NCBI RefSeq assembly: GCF_009914755.1
Contig: NC_060935.1
From: the human T2T-CHM13v2.0 reference genome, Homo sapiens
Direction: 5' to 3' (one strand)
Length of the DNA stretch: 64,000 bases
How positions within the stretch are numbered: position 1 is the stretch's first letter; every line of letters begins with the position of its first letter. Below the pieces are notes generated by a model. The model searched no databases, had not been told where the DNA came from, and was given only the letters and a program-made list of their open reading frames with translations. The translations under genes were made by a program, and so were the position numbers. Positions 31,536 to 48,219 of this stretch are shown one piece after another.

Positions 31536-34457
31536 CTGCAAAGAACGTGTTGAGAGTCAACATACACAGCCAGGAGACGGCCTGGACTGATATGTCAACT
31601 GTTCTGCTTATGTCTAAGACAATAAAAGAACCTGAGAGTGAAAGCATTATAGGCCTTCTCTCCCTCTGAGCCTATGTTTTATCAATCTATCTCTGGGTTC
31701 AGCCAGACTTTAGATCCTACAAAGAAACAAGGCACCTTCTCTTCTAAGGTTGTGTGATCTAACAGGTTTGCTGGTAATGGTTTGGCGTATGTATTTTACC
31801 ATCCTGATACAGGGAGTCTTCACAGTTCTCACCCTTCCATTCCTTCATTATAATGTCATTACTTTTTTCTTTTTTTTGAGACAGAGTCTCGCTCTGTTGC
31901 CCATTTCTGGTATTTTGAAGTATCCTTTTCTTTCTTTCTCTGACATATTTAAAACTGCACGTATCTAGAGTACACAATTTTAATGAGCTTTAACATATGT
32001 AGACACCTGTAAAACCACCATCACGATCAAGAAAATAAATAGAGCAAGGCGCGGTGGCTCACGCCTGTAATCCCAACACATTGGAAGGCTGAGGTGGGTG
32101 GATCACTTGAGGTCAGGAGAGTTTGAGACCAGCCTGGCCAAGATGGTGAAACTCTTGCCTCTACTAAAAATACAAAAATTAGCCAGGTGTGGTAGTGCAT
32201 GCCTGTATTCCCGGCTACTCAGGAGGCTGTGGCACAAGAACTGCTGGAACCCAGGAGGCGGAGGTTGTGGTGAGGTGAGATCATACCACTGCACTCTGAC
32301 AGGGTGAGACTCCAACTCAAAATAATAATAATAATGATGACTCAATTGTAACCTCAACCTCCTGGGCTCATGCGATCCTCTCACTTCAGCCTCCTAAGTA
32401 GCTGGGACTACAGATGCATGCCACCATGCCCACCCAATTTAAGAAATTTATTTTTGTAGAGATGGGGTCTCATTATATTGCCCAGGTTGGTCTTGAGCTC
32501 CTGGGTTCAAGTGATCGTCCCACTTCAGCGTCACAAACTGCTGGGATTATAGGCATGACGCACCATACCTGGCCTGTTTTCTTATTACTGAATTTTCAGA
32601 GTTCTTGATGTATTCCTGGATACAAGTTCTCTATCAGATCTACAAATTGCAAGTATTTTCTCCCAATCTATGGTTTACCTTTTCATTCTCTTAACAGTCT
32701 TTCTATGAGCAGTAGTTTTGAAATTTTGTTGAAGTCCAATTTACCAATTTTTTTCTCTTATGAATTGTGTTATTTAGTGTCCACCTAAGAAATCTTCTGC
32801 CTAACCTACAGTTGCAAAAATTTTCTGCTTTGTTTTCTTCTAGAAGGTTTATAGTTAAGTTGAAATTTAGGTTTGTAATCCATTATGAGCTGGATAAACA
32901 ATAGACACAACTAATGAGGCCAGAAGGTGGTTCTTTGAAAAGGTCAATATGATTGCTAAACTCTAGGTACACCAACCAAGAAAAAAAGAGGACGCAATTA
33001 TTGAACACAAATGACCAGTATCAAAAAGAAAGAGACGTTGTTAAAGATCCTACAGATATTTAAAATGGTTAATAAGGAAATGTTATTAATAACTTGATGC
33101 TAATAAATTTTGTGACTTTAGGCCGGGTGCGGTGGCTCACGCCTGTAATCCCAGCACTTTGGGAAGCCAAGGCGGGTGGATCACGAGGTCAGGAGATCGA
33201 GACTATCTTGGCTAACAAAACAAGGCTGGGTGCAGTGACTCATGCCTGTAATAGACATTTTAGCAAAGATGTACAGATGGTAAATAAGCACATGACAAAG
33301 TGCTCAACATCATTAGACATTAGGGAAATGCAAATGAAACAATGAGAATTTCCAGTATGGGAAGATGAAAAAGTTCTGGAGAGGGTGGTGATGATTGTAT
33401 AGCAATGTGAATGGACTTAATGCCACTGAACAGTATGCTTAAAATGGTTAAAACAGTAAATTTGGCCGGGCGCGGTGGCTCACGCCTGTAATCCCAGCAC
33501 TCTGGGAGGCTGAGGTGAGCGGATCACGAGGTCAGGAGATCCAGACCATCCTGGCTAACATGGTGAAACCATGGTGAAACCCCGTCTCTACTAAAAATTA
33601 GCCGGGCGTGGTGGTGGGTGCCTGTAGTCCCAGCTACTCGGGAAGCTGAGGCAGGAGAATGGTGTGAACCCAGGAGGCAGAGCTTGCAGTGAGCCTAGTT
33701 CGCGCCACTGCACTCCAGCCTGGGCGACAGAGCGAGACTCCATCTCAAAAAATAATAATAATAATAAAATAAATAAATAAAAACCAGTAAATTTTAGTTA
33801 CATTTTACTACAATAAAAAGCTACATTCTATATAATTAATATAGTTAAATACTGGCCAGGCACAGTGGCTCACACCTATAATCCCAGCACTTTGGGAGGC
33901 CGAGGCAGGAGGATTACTTGAGGTCAGGAGTTCGAGACCAGCCTGGCCAACGTGGCAAAACCCCATTTCTACTAAAAATACAAAAATTAGCTGGGCTTTG
34001 TGGCGCATGCCTGTAACCCCAGCTACTCAGGAGGCTGAGGCAGGAGAATCGCTTGAACCTGGAAGGCAGAGGTTGCAGTGAGGCAAGATCACGCCACTGC
34101 ACTCTAGACTGGGCGACAGAGAGAGACTGTCTCGAAAATATATATATGTATTTAAATATACATATATATATATATATATATTTATAAGAAATCACCTTGA
34201 AGATTTGAAATGAGATGAGCTATTTGTGTGACTAGAGAAAAAAAAAACAAAAACTGTAAGTATTTCTAAGGTAATGTAAGAAGACTTCTCTGCTGCGTGC
34301 AGTGGCTGACACCTGTAATCCCAGTACTTTAGGAGGCCAGCGCAAGTGGATCACTTGAGCTCAGGAGCTTGAGAACAGCCTGGGCAATGTGGCAAAATCT
34401 TGTCTACAAAAAATACAAGAATTAGCTGAGTATGGTGGTGCACTCCTGCAGCGCTCA

Positions 34458-34568
<111 letters not shown>

Positions 34569-34702
34569 CTAAAAACAAAACAAGGCTAGGTGCAGTGGCT
34601 CGCGCCTGTAATCCCAGCACTTTGGGAGGCTGAGGTGGGCAGATCACGAGGTCAGGAGATCGAGACCATCTTGGCTAACACGGTGAAACCCTGTCTCTAC
34701 TA

Positions 34703-34909
<207 letters not shown>

Positions 34910-35475
34910 CTAATTACATGGTTAGAAATAATAGCATGTGTTAATATATTATTGTTGGACACCTAAACCACTCTGCATTTCTTTCTTTTTTGGAGACAGG
35001 GTCTCTCTCACTCCTATTGCCCAGGCTGGAGTACAGTGATGCAATCATGTCTCACTGCAGGCTCGACTTCCCAGGCTCAGGTGATCCTCCACCCTCAGCC
35101 TCCTGAGTAGCTGGGACTACACACTACCACACATGGCTAATTTTTTTTTACTTTTAGTAGAAACAGGGTTTTGCCATATTGCCCAGGCTGGCCTCGAACT
35201 CCTGGGCTCAAGTGATCTGCTGGCCTTGGCCTTCCAAAGTGTTGGGATTACAGGTGTGAGCCACCATGGCTGGCCTGCATTTTTTTTTTTTTTTTTTTTT
35301 TTTTTTGAGACAAAGAGTCTTGTTTCATCACCCAGGCTGGACTGCAGTGGCACAATCTTGGCTCACTGCAACCTCCAACTCCCAGGTTCAAGTGATTCTC
35401 CTGCCTCAGTTTCCTAGGTAACTGAGATTACAGGTGCCTACCACAACACCCAGCTAATTTTCGTATTTTTAGTAG

Positions 35476-35835
<360 letters not shown>

Positions 35836-36685
35836 TGATCCGCACACCTTGGCCTCCAAAAATGCTGGGATTACAGGCGTGAGCCACCGCACCCGGCCGC
35901 CTGCATTTTTTAATAAACATGTACACACAGATTCACATATACACACACAAACCAAGATACTACATGCCCAATAAAATGGTAAAATTTAAACAACTAATAA
36001 TACCAAATTTTAAAGAGGATTTGGAGCAACTAGAGATATTACACATTATTGGTGGGAATATAAAAATGATATAATCACTTCTGGATATGTTCATAGCAGA
36101 TTTATCAATAATGGCCAAAAATAAGAAAACCTAACTGTCCATCAACAAATGAATAGATACATAAACCATGTACCCCCGCTAAAAAAAACCCAAAACTAAC
36201 TTTTGATACATATAAACATGAAAAAAAATCTCACAATTATTATGCAGAATCAAAAAAGCTAGGCACAAGGAACATACAGTATGATCTCCACATAAAATTC
36301 TAGACCAGCAAAACTAACTTATAGTAACAAAAAACTAGTCAATAGGTATCTGACTGATTGCAAAGGGGCACACAGGCATTTTTCAATGGTAGTGGAAATA
36401 TCAGCTTAGCTGTAATGGTAGTTACAATGCGATAGTTACTATAAAACTTATCACACTGCATACTTTATTATATGTAAACTATACTCATTAAAGTTGATTA
36501 AAATAATTTTTAGACTTCTAATTCTAGTTCTAATGCTCTTTCCATTCAACTACTTTAAGTTATATTTGGTAGTTTATATGGACTTACAGCAATCTGGGGA
36601 CATATAAAAGGGAAAGGACGCAGCAAAGGACTCCCCTGGGGCTCATGGAGCACTCAAGTGACAATAAAGCCTGGCTCTCATTTAC

Positions 36686-36828
36686 CTGTCACTGTAGAGT
36701 TTTAGAAGGTGAAAGCAGACATCTCGAAGTGGTGTCTGTGAGTTTTGCTCCTCCGCTATCACACAGCCAGAACCCTCCAGATACGAAGGAAGTGGGGAGC
36801 AGGCATATCTGTCACTGTCAGAGGTATT
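36686..36828 (-). CDS. NUP98: NUP98-96 exon ~28 (NTSDSDRYACSPLPSYLEG...LKLYSD)
   Basis: AG/GT boundaries, 143 nt. Confidence 0.95.
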
Positions 36829-36868
36829 CTGAAGGAATAATTTGATAAAACAATACATTAGCTCCTAA

Positions 36869-37217
<349 letters not shown>

Positions 37218-37385
37218 TAAGACACCTGTATTAAGAATGAATAGACAGCCATGTGCAGTGGCTTGAGCCTATAATCCCAGCACTTTGAAAGTGGGAGGAG
37301 GACTGCTTGAGCCAAGTAGTTCAAGACCTGCCAGGGCAACAAAGCAAGATCCCATCTCTACAAATAAAAAAATAAAATTATATAG

Positions 37386-37483
37386 TTTGTAGTTCATGAG
37401 CATGATGATTGGGTGTTCATGCATGCGTGTGAGATGTGCCACCCTCGAACCTTGTGAAGATATTGGCATATTACCCGTCTGAC
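37386..37483 (+). pseudogene. U13 (SNORD13) snoRNA retrocopy inserted in an Alu linker
   Basis: TTTGTAGTTCATGAGCATGATGATTGGGTGTTCAT...GTGAGATGTGCCACCCT...ATTACCCGTCTGAC followed by an A-rich tail; box C ATGATGA and box D CTGA present. Confidence 0.9.
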
Positions 37484-37803
37484 ATAAAAAGATAAGAAAA
37501 AAAAATTTTTTTTTTAAATTAGCCAGGCATGGTGGTATGCACCTGTGGTCCCAGCTACTCAGGAGGCTGGGGCCCAGGAGGTCAAGGCTGCAGTGAGCTA
37601 TAATTGCCCCACTGCATGCCACTCAAGTTTTGGGTGACAGACTGAGACCTGATCTCGATTGAAAAAAAAAAAACAAAAAAAAACACCTGGGCACGGTGGC
37701 TCATGCCTGTAATCCTAGCACTTAGGGAGGCCGAGGCAGGCAGATCATGAGGTCAGGAGATCGAGACCATCCTGGCTAACATGGTGAAACCGCGTCTCTA
37801 CTA

Positions 37804-37911
<108 letters not shown>

Positions 37912-38570
37912 CTACACAGCGAGACTCCATCTCAAAAAAAAAAAAAGTAAACAGACAACCCAAAGGATCTATCAGGGATTTTAAACATTTTTTGGTCAAT
38001 GATGTATTTCATCTGTCTTCAATGGACTGGTAAAGATTTCAGGTAGCTATCACTAACCCCCCATACTTATCTTGCCACAATTCTTAATATACTCAAGTTT
38101 CAAGTGTTCTCTTACTCCTGACAAATAATTCTGAGAGAACAATATGAAAGACAAGTATAAAATATGAACAGTAAGATAATTCAAGAACTGATGGCATAAA
38201 AGTAACAATACATTAACCTCAAAACTGACAAGGAATATAAAATATTATATTTAGAGGCAAATTTCAGAACTAAGTTTGAAGATAAACCAAATCTGAGGTC
38301 AGGCTGTATAACAGGGAATTCCCAAAGAAGTAAGACAGCATTAGAAATGAAGAAGAACCCTCTGATTTAGAGGCAGGAAAACAGCAGTGAGAAAGTCAAC
38401 TGTGGAATCTCATGATATTTAATAAAATAAAAACAGACACTTGGGGAAGTAGCCTTGTCCAGAGGAAGGAGTAAAGGATAGTTTCCCATCAGATTTCCTG
38501 GCTCCGCTTCAATTTGACAATACTTTAACACCCAGCAAGATTTTTGCTTGGCTCTATTGGCCACATATAC

Positions 38571-38714
38571 CTGAAATGCTTCTTCATACATGCTGAGCGC
38601 CCTAGAAATGGAGGCTGTTGGTGGAAGCAAATACCAAAGATGGATAGCCAGGGAGCGTTTCCAATCCAACTGGGAGCACACGTTTATTTGCTTCTTTTCT
38701 GAGAGCTGCCACAC
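38571..38714 (-). CDS. NUP98: NUP98-96 exon ~27 (VWQLSEKKQINVCSQLDWKR...EEAFQ)
   Basis: AG/GT boundaries, 144 nt. Confidence 0.95.
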
Positions 38715-39447
38715 CTGTGCGAAACAAAATCATCACCATGGCTATATTCTACCTTGTTATTACCTGTGTGTGCAATAACACTGAAGTGAATATTCACTTA
38801 TTCAAGGAACATTTTAAATGATTCAGATATAAAATATACAAATATAATAAAATCTCACAGCTAGTGAGAGGGAATATTATTTACTTGTTTTTATTGACCA
38901 ACTGATTGATCGATTGATACAGAGTTGCACTGTGTGGCCCAGGCTGGTCTTGAATTCCTGGTGTCAAGCAATCCTCCCTCCTCAGCCTCCCAAAGCATTG
39001 TGATTACAGGAATCAGACACTGTGCCTGGTCCCAGGATTTAATCAATCAATCAGTACTCAAATGAGATGAGAGCCATTGAGAGCAGAGAGATCTTCTCAC
39101 TGTCTATGGTTGTCAATGTATAAAGCTTTAAAATGAGCATAAGTGCTGACCAGCTACATTTTTATTTCTGAAAATACTTTAAGATAATAATATAAGAGGT
39201 AGGCAGTGATAAGAGAAATGGCTTAAAATAATTATAACCCAACAGCCATAAAATGGAACATAAGTGGCTATAAAAAAGAATAATGCCAGCCAGGCACTGT
39301 GGCTCACACCTGTAATCCCAGCACTTTGGGAGGCCGAGGTGGTCGGATTACCTGAGGTCAGGAGTTCCAGACCAGCCTGGCCAACATGGTGAAACCCCGT
39401 TTCTATTAAAAATACAAAAAAAAAAAAAGGCCGGGTGCAGTGGATCA

Positions 39448-39702
<255 letters not shown>

Positions 39703-39968
39703 CTATCTCAAAAAACAACAACAACAACAAAAATAACGCTTCATGACATGAAAAAATATTCACATACAGTAGGTTTAAAAAAAAAAAAGCTGCAGGGGGC
39801 CGGGCGCGGTGGCTCACGCTTGTAATCCCAGCACTTCAGGAGGCTGAGGCAGGCAGATCATGAGGTCAGGAGACCGAGACCATCCTGGCTAACATGGTGA
39901 AACCCTGTCTCTACTTAAAATACAAAAAATTAGCCCAGCGTGGTGGCAGGTGCCTGTAGTCTCAGCTA

Positions 39969-40076
<108 letters not shown>

Positions 40077-40787
40077 TCAAGAGAAAAAAAAAAAAAAATG
40101 CTGCAGGGCTGATGCAGTGGCTCATGCCTGTAATCTCAACACTTTGGGAGACCTATAGGTGACAGGATCCCTTTAGGCCAGGAGTTCAAGACAAGCCTAG
40201 GCAACATACTGAGACCCTATTGCTATAAATTCTTTTTTAAATGAACAAAATATAAATAAAAAAAATCACAGAACTCCTATGTATAATTTATTTCATTTGT
40301 ATATACAAACATGTAAATAGGAACAACATATATGTGGATGTAGACTTAAAAACTAGCTGTGTATGGTAGCGTGTGCCTGTAGTCCCAGCTACTTGGGAGG
40401 CTCAGGTGAGAGGATCACTTGAACTTAGGAGATGGAGGATGCAGTGAGCCAAGATAACCCCACTGTACTCCTGCCTAGGCAACAGAGCCAGACCCTATCT
40501 CAAAAAAATTAATTAACTAAACTAGAATATTTCTGTGAAGATAAAATTATTTATATTGTTTACCACTATATGATATGGGATATGATACATTTTAACATTT
40601 TAATTTCTATACAACTAGATTTTTAAAAGTGTGCATGCCTGCCTTTATAATTTGAAAATTGTCCAATGTGTAAAACATTTTGTGTAACTGTGCACAATTT
40701 ACAAAGATCACTCCTTGCCTCAACCTCAAACCAGCTTCAATTTATGAAAAAACCAATGTGAGATATTATGGTAAAAGTAGAAGATAC

Positions 40788-40945
40788 CGGTTTTCCAGCC
40801 AACAGAGCAAAGATGCGCAGTCTCTCATCCTGGATGAAGGAGTCTGCTTGGAGCTGATGCCAGTCCACCAACTGCATGGTGAGCAGCTCCCGGACTGACT
40901 GGCTACCCACAAACTGAGATAAAAGAAGAGCAAGACGATGATCCC
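40788..40945 (-). CDS. NUP98: NUP98-96 exon ~26 (GDHRLALLLSQ...LLAGKP)
   Basis: AG/GT boundaries, 158 nt. Confidence 0.95.
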
Positions 40946-41384
40946 CTATAAGAGAAATGGAAGTTTTTTGGTTATTACTAAGGGTTTATGGACTTCGTCA
41001 AACACTTGGGGGCATTATCTTCATTTCTTCCAGCCTTCAGAAGGGAGGATTTAACATTGTTAACTGCTTTCTGCAGTAGTGCCAAAATATTGATCAAAAA
41101 CTTACCATTTTCTGCTTGGATAGAAAATTTGCAAAGTAGTTTAACCTAAATTACCTATAGACTGAATAGCATATAGACATCAACAACAGATCTACCACTA
41201 CTTCTGTGATACTAGGCAAGACACCTCAGCTACAAAATGGAGGAAAACAGCCCGGCATGGTGGCTAATGCCTGTAATCCCAGCACTCTGGCAGGCCAAGG
41301 GAGGTGGATTACTTGAAGTCACGAGTTCGAGACCAGCCTGACCAACATGGTGAAACCCCGTCCCTACTAAAAATACAAAAATCA

Positions 41385-41528
<144 letters not shown>

Positions 41529-41801
41529 TTAAACATAAAAAGGAAAAATGGAGGAAAACACTGGGCACGGTGGCTCACACCTGTAATCCCAGTGCTCTGG
41601 GAAGCCAAGGCGGGCAAATCACTTGGGGTCAGGAGTTCGAGACCAACCTCGCCAACATGATGAAACTTTGTCTCTACTAAAAATACAAAAATTAGCCTGG
41701 CGTGGTGGCACGTGACTGGAGTCCCAGCTACTCAAGAGGCTGAGACACGAGAACCACTTGAACCCAGAAGGCAGAAGTTGCAGTAAACAGAGATTGCACT
41801 A

Positions 41802-42211
<410 letters not shown>

Positions 42212-42986
42212 TTAGTAACCTAAAAGGCAGTACCTTTACCAGAGGTTTAGCCTTACAGTCAAAATAAACAGGAAGAAAGTGGAGTTTATGAATCAACAGC
42301 CCTAAGAATCTGACTCTGGCATGCCTTAAGATCCTCTCCTACTACATGTTGGTGTCCTGGTGAGCATAACCTTTTTTTAATGATTCATAATAAGTTCATA
42401 CAAGATCAATCCCAAAGATAAATTCTCACTGTACAAATGCACAAAGACCATAAATAGTACCAGACGGAGGCTGGATGTGGTGGCTCACGCCTCTAATCCC
42501 AGCACTTTGGGAGGCTGAGGCAGGAGGGCTGCTTGACGCCAGGAGTTTGAGACCAGCCTGGTCAACATACAGACCCCATCTCTATTTAAAAAATAAAAAG
42601 AAAAGAAAACAGGAAGCTACCAGGCTAAATGTGTAGTGACAGTGGAATGCAACAAGCCCTTTATATAGCTTACTGATTCTGGCTTTTCCTGTGATTTGTT
42701 CCTTATAATCCCAAAAGTGGCAAAACTCTTCAAAATAAATCCAGTCGATGGCTCCAATTAGTTGGCTTTGGATAAATTAGGTTCCAACAATCAAGGTTTG
42801 AATAAGGATCTGATCATATTAGATTAAGCTGAACTATGCCATCCTGTATTCTTATCAAGACTTTATGGCCAGGCACGGTGGCTCATGCCTGTAATCCCAG
42901 CACTTGGGAGGCCAAAGTGGGTGGATCACTGGAAGTCACGAGTTTGAGACCACCCTGGCCAACATGGCGAAACCCTGTCTCTACTA

Positions 42987-43157
<171 letters not shown>

Positions 43158-43770
43158 TTAAAAAAAAAAAAAAAAAAAAAAAAGATTTATATCTAGGCAG
43201 TCATTAAGTACTTGCTGAATTGCCTCATTAGTGAAAGGGAACTTAAAGAAGTAAATATATGCATATAAATTCCTTTTAAAAAGCCAGTGAGTACCTCAAC
43301 CCAGAAATTCAACTTCTATATATTTATTTGAATGAATTGATATAGAACATATTTTATAGCAATTCAGAGTACTGTTTATAGTTTTAAAAAAAGTCTCAAT
43401 GTGAAGGAAGAAATTTACTACTATGGTACATTTATACATAAAAGAATGCTAAGAAGTATTTGATAATTATCTGTATTACAGGGCATTTGTAATGTGCCAC
43501 ATGAAAAGAACAGAATATAATACACAGCAGGATATCACCTTTGAAAAGTTCACAAGCATATGTCACAGTGTCTGGACATATTTGTATGTATTACAAAGTA
43601 AAGAATTAAGTACAAATTGCACATTAAAATGTTTGCAGTGAGTAGTAGTCACAGGATTTGGGTGATTTTGATTGATAGCTTATCTATGCTTTCTAGTTTT
43701 ATTACAAATGTAATATAAAATTTAAATTTTAATCAAGTAAACAATGTTTAAGGTCCTAAAAAAAGAATTA

Positions 43771-44104
<334 letters not shown>

Positions 44105-44419
44105 CTATAGGAATAGGTGGGTGTGATCTACCCACCTTGGCCTCCCACAGTGCTGGAATTACAGGCATGAGCCACTGAGCCCAGCCGCACTATGTCTTCT
44201 AATTCTCTGTTTAGGACCTTAAACATTGTTTACTTGATTAAAAGTTAAATTTTATGTTATATTACATATTCCACGGGAACCAGCAATCTTTCTGGGAAGT
44301 CCGCAATTAATACTCATAGGCTAGAAGCCAAAGGGAAATGCACAATTAGCGGGGAGCGGTAGGAGGCAGTGAGTAGGAAGGCGACAGAGGCGCAGAGAAG
44401 GACCATATGCCTTCCCCAC

Positions 44420-44686
44420 CTGACTGCTGGGCCAGAGAGCAGGCCTCACTGATCCTTTTGCCTGTGAGGTAGCTGAATACAGCCTCCACAGGGCTGTTTT
44501 TTTGGGTTAAGGAGACTTCCTCTTCAATCTGAGGTGTGGCAGTACAGGATAGCCAGCGGGAGAAAGCTCTTCTTCGCTCCAGAATTTGAATGTATTCACG
44601 GGGTTCATTTAGCTGGCTGTCAAGCTCCTTCAGGTGGCCCCATAGGGCTTCACATAGTGTCCATGTCAGGCTCCAGTGCTTCACAA
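44420..44686 (-). CDS. NUP98: NUP98-96 exon ~25 (IVKHWSLTWTLCEALWG...AQQS)
   Basis: AG/GT boundaries, 267 nt. Confidence 0.95.
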
Positions 44687-45947
44687 CTAAGGCAGGAAGA
44701 GAAAAACAATGTTACGAGACAAAGTCTTACAACAACTTCACAGAGGGCATCCTTCTAACTGTGATGTTAAAAATACATAAATTAATAGACATCTCAAACA
44801 ACCACTCAAGCTGATTACCCTGAATCTGTCTCTACCTCACTCAACTTCGTCTTACAATTTCCAGAAGTACATAGTATAAATAAATGCTTGCTCATATCAT
44901 GTTTCTGTGGTACTTACATAACAAATGTAACCGTTAAACAGGTTCCCCAAGCCTAATTATGGCTAGTGTCATCTCAGATGATATCTACTTTGATCAAATT
45001 CTGTCTATAAAAATCAATCTACAAAAGTACTGTTTATCATTTAAGCCACTTACAAGTATGCACTGGTAAAATAACTTACACATTTGAAAAGACAATGAGA
45101 CGATTAAGTAAATACAAAGAACTGAAGGAACATAAACAAATCTCAAAACGTGTGGCATAGGACATTCTAAAACAGCCCATTTTTCAATAAACGTGATTTG
45201 CTAAACAAAATGATTTTTCTACTGTTTGAAATATTAATAAATTAGATAACCCCTTTATCAAAGTATTGATTCAGAAAAACATGGTCATGATAGATGAGAA
45301 AGGTAATCTTGAAAGAAGCCAGGAAGAGGAATTACAACAAAGCTGTTGAGAAGACCAACAGTACTTGAGCTGGATATGGAAGAATGGATAGGATTTAGAA
45401 AAGCAAGAAGGGGCCGGGCTCGATGGCTCACGCCTGTAATCCCAGCACTTTGGAAAGTCGAGGCAGGCAGATCACGAGGTCAAGAGATCGAGACAATCCT
45501 GGCCAATATGGTGAAACCCTGTCTCTACTAAGAATACAAAAATTAGCTGGGTGTGGTGGCGCGCGCCTATACTCCCGGCTACAGTGACAGAGTGAGACTC
45601 CGTCTCAAAAAAAAAAAAAAAAAAAAAGTAAAGCAAGAAGGAATGTATTTCTCTCCCTATGTTCTCTGGATTAGGTAAGAAATTCAATTTTATAAATCCA
45701 AGGATTTGACTTGCTACAGTTCTTTGTGGAAGAATTTGTACATTAATGGGTAAAAGAACAAAGTGACAAGAACATAGTGACAATTTCTTCTTGCTTGGGA
45801 ATCTGCTTAGTTAAACTCAACCTCAGAAAATGACAAGCACAGGCATTTACCTACTAGACTGGTGCCAGGAAATTCATCCTCCCGTGAACATACGCTACCA
45901 CCACTATTATTGGGACATCAAACATTAGAAACATAGTGTGTACTCAC

Positions 45948-46177
45948 TTTGTGCTTCTGGTAAGTCTCCTGATGCTTCTTTAACCCAATCTGCATAGTCA
46001 TGAATGACAGCAACTCCCAGATTGGGGACAATGAGAGGACACAGTTCATCCACATGGACAGTGCTGTGTTTTAATTTGAGCTCCAGAGGTGTCTGATATA
46101 ATTTCATGTCTTCATCTGGCTTTCTTTGTCTCAAACTGAGTTTTTCTAAGTGAACTTTGAATGGGGACTCAGTTAGG
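45948..46177 (-). CDS. NUP98: NUP98-96 exon ~24 (LTESPFKVHLEKL...LPEAQ)
   Basis: AG/GT boundaries, 230 nt. Confidence 0.95.
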
Positions 46178-46988
46178 CTACAAGAGCAAATGAGGAATAG
46201 AATAGAAAATGAACCTAAGACAGAAGCTAGGATTTTTACTTCAACCAAACCACTGTTTCTTTTTATGATTACAAACGGAATGCAAACATTTCACTGTAGT
46301 TTTAAAGAAATTTTGTTTCTTAAACTATACTGAACTTATCTGCTATATACTGGGGAAAAAAAATCATCTGATCAGTGCATTCAGAACACAAAGGCTTCTT
46401 AGGCCAGGTTATAACAAGCATGAGAATCCTAACAGATTTAGAACTGGCTAAAACTCAAGGGCCAAAAGCTATTGTGGGATACCTGTTTCTCAAATTATAC
46501 TTGGGTATCAAAAGTCATGAGGCTAAGCTTCTAGATACTAAAGAACTGATTCTAAATTACAATGAGCATATAGCTAAGCTAGGCTTGTTCCAATTTTTTT
46601 TTTTTTTTTTTTTTTGAGATGGAGTTTCACACTGTCGCTGAGGTTGGAATGCAGTAGCGTGATCTTGGCTTACTGCAACCTCTGCCTCCTGGGTTCAAGG
46701 GCGATTCTCCTGCCTCAGTCTCCTGAGTAGCTGGGATTACAAACATGCACCACCACCCTGGGCTAATTTTTGTAATTTTAGTAGAGACAGGGTTTTACCA
46801 TGTTGGCCAGGCTGGTCTCGAACTCCTGACCTCAAGTGATCCTCCCAAAGTGCTGGGATGACAGGTGTGAGCCACCGTACCCGGCCCCTTGATCTAATTT
46901 TTAAGATTGATATTAATAACCTTCAAAATTCACAAGATAATGCTTAACCTAGAATAACTAAGTTTAGGATCAGTATTCTTAATTGTGA

Positions 46989-47147
<159 letters not shown>

Positions 47148-47419
47148 TGACTAGCTGGGTCTACAGGCGCCTGCCACAACGCCCAGCTAATTTTTTTTGT
47201 ATTTTTAGTAGAGACAGAGTTTCACCGTGTTAGCCAGGATGGTCTCAATCTCCTGACCTCGTGATCCGCCCATCTTGGCCTCCCAAAGTGCTGGGATTAC
47301 AGGTTGTTTTTTATTTTTTCAAAGTCAACTTTAAAAATGAAGGATAGGCTGGGCAAGGTGGCTCATGACTGTAATCCCAGCACTTTGGGAGGCCAAGGTA
47401 GGACAATCACTTGAGCTCA

Positions 47420-47740
<321 letters not shown>

Positions 47741-47789
47741 TCACCTATCATGTTGCCTTTCTCAAAAAGCATCAAGAAATGTGACTCAC

Positions 47790-48219
47790 GGTTTAACAGC
47801 TACTGGATTGGGCAGGAATCCAAACTCCATGGAATCGGCAATCTGATGATTTTCTAGTTCATGAGAGCCATTCAGCTGTTCTCCACTATTAGCAAGAGTC
47901 CAGTTGGGGCCCCAACCAACACGAAATGAGCGTCCCATGAATAGGGCCATGTCCATCAAGAGTTTTCCCTTGCCATAGGTGACAGACTTTTCACGAGGGA
48001 CTAGGCCTAGTTGCCTACGTGTACCCACTGTTTTCAATGGAACCTCAGGGGCTGGGCTGGGCATTGTGAACACAGAAGTCAGGGGTGGAGGGACAGACCA
48101 AGAGGATGTGGATGGGATATTCATTAAAGATGCTGCTCTGGGAGTACGACATTCTTGCACAGAGACACTTGGTGAAAGAAAAGCTCCACTTGTAAATTTT
48201 GATTGTAGTAACCCACCAA
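47790..48219 (-). CDS. NUP98: NUP98-96 exon ~23 (VGGLLQSKF...GRSFRVGWGP...PVAVK)
   Basis: AG/GT boundaries, 430 nt; conserved Nup96/Nup145C GRSFRVGW motif. Confidence 0.97.
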
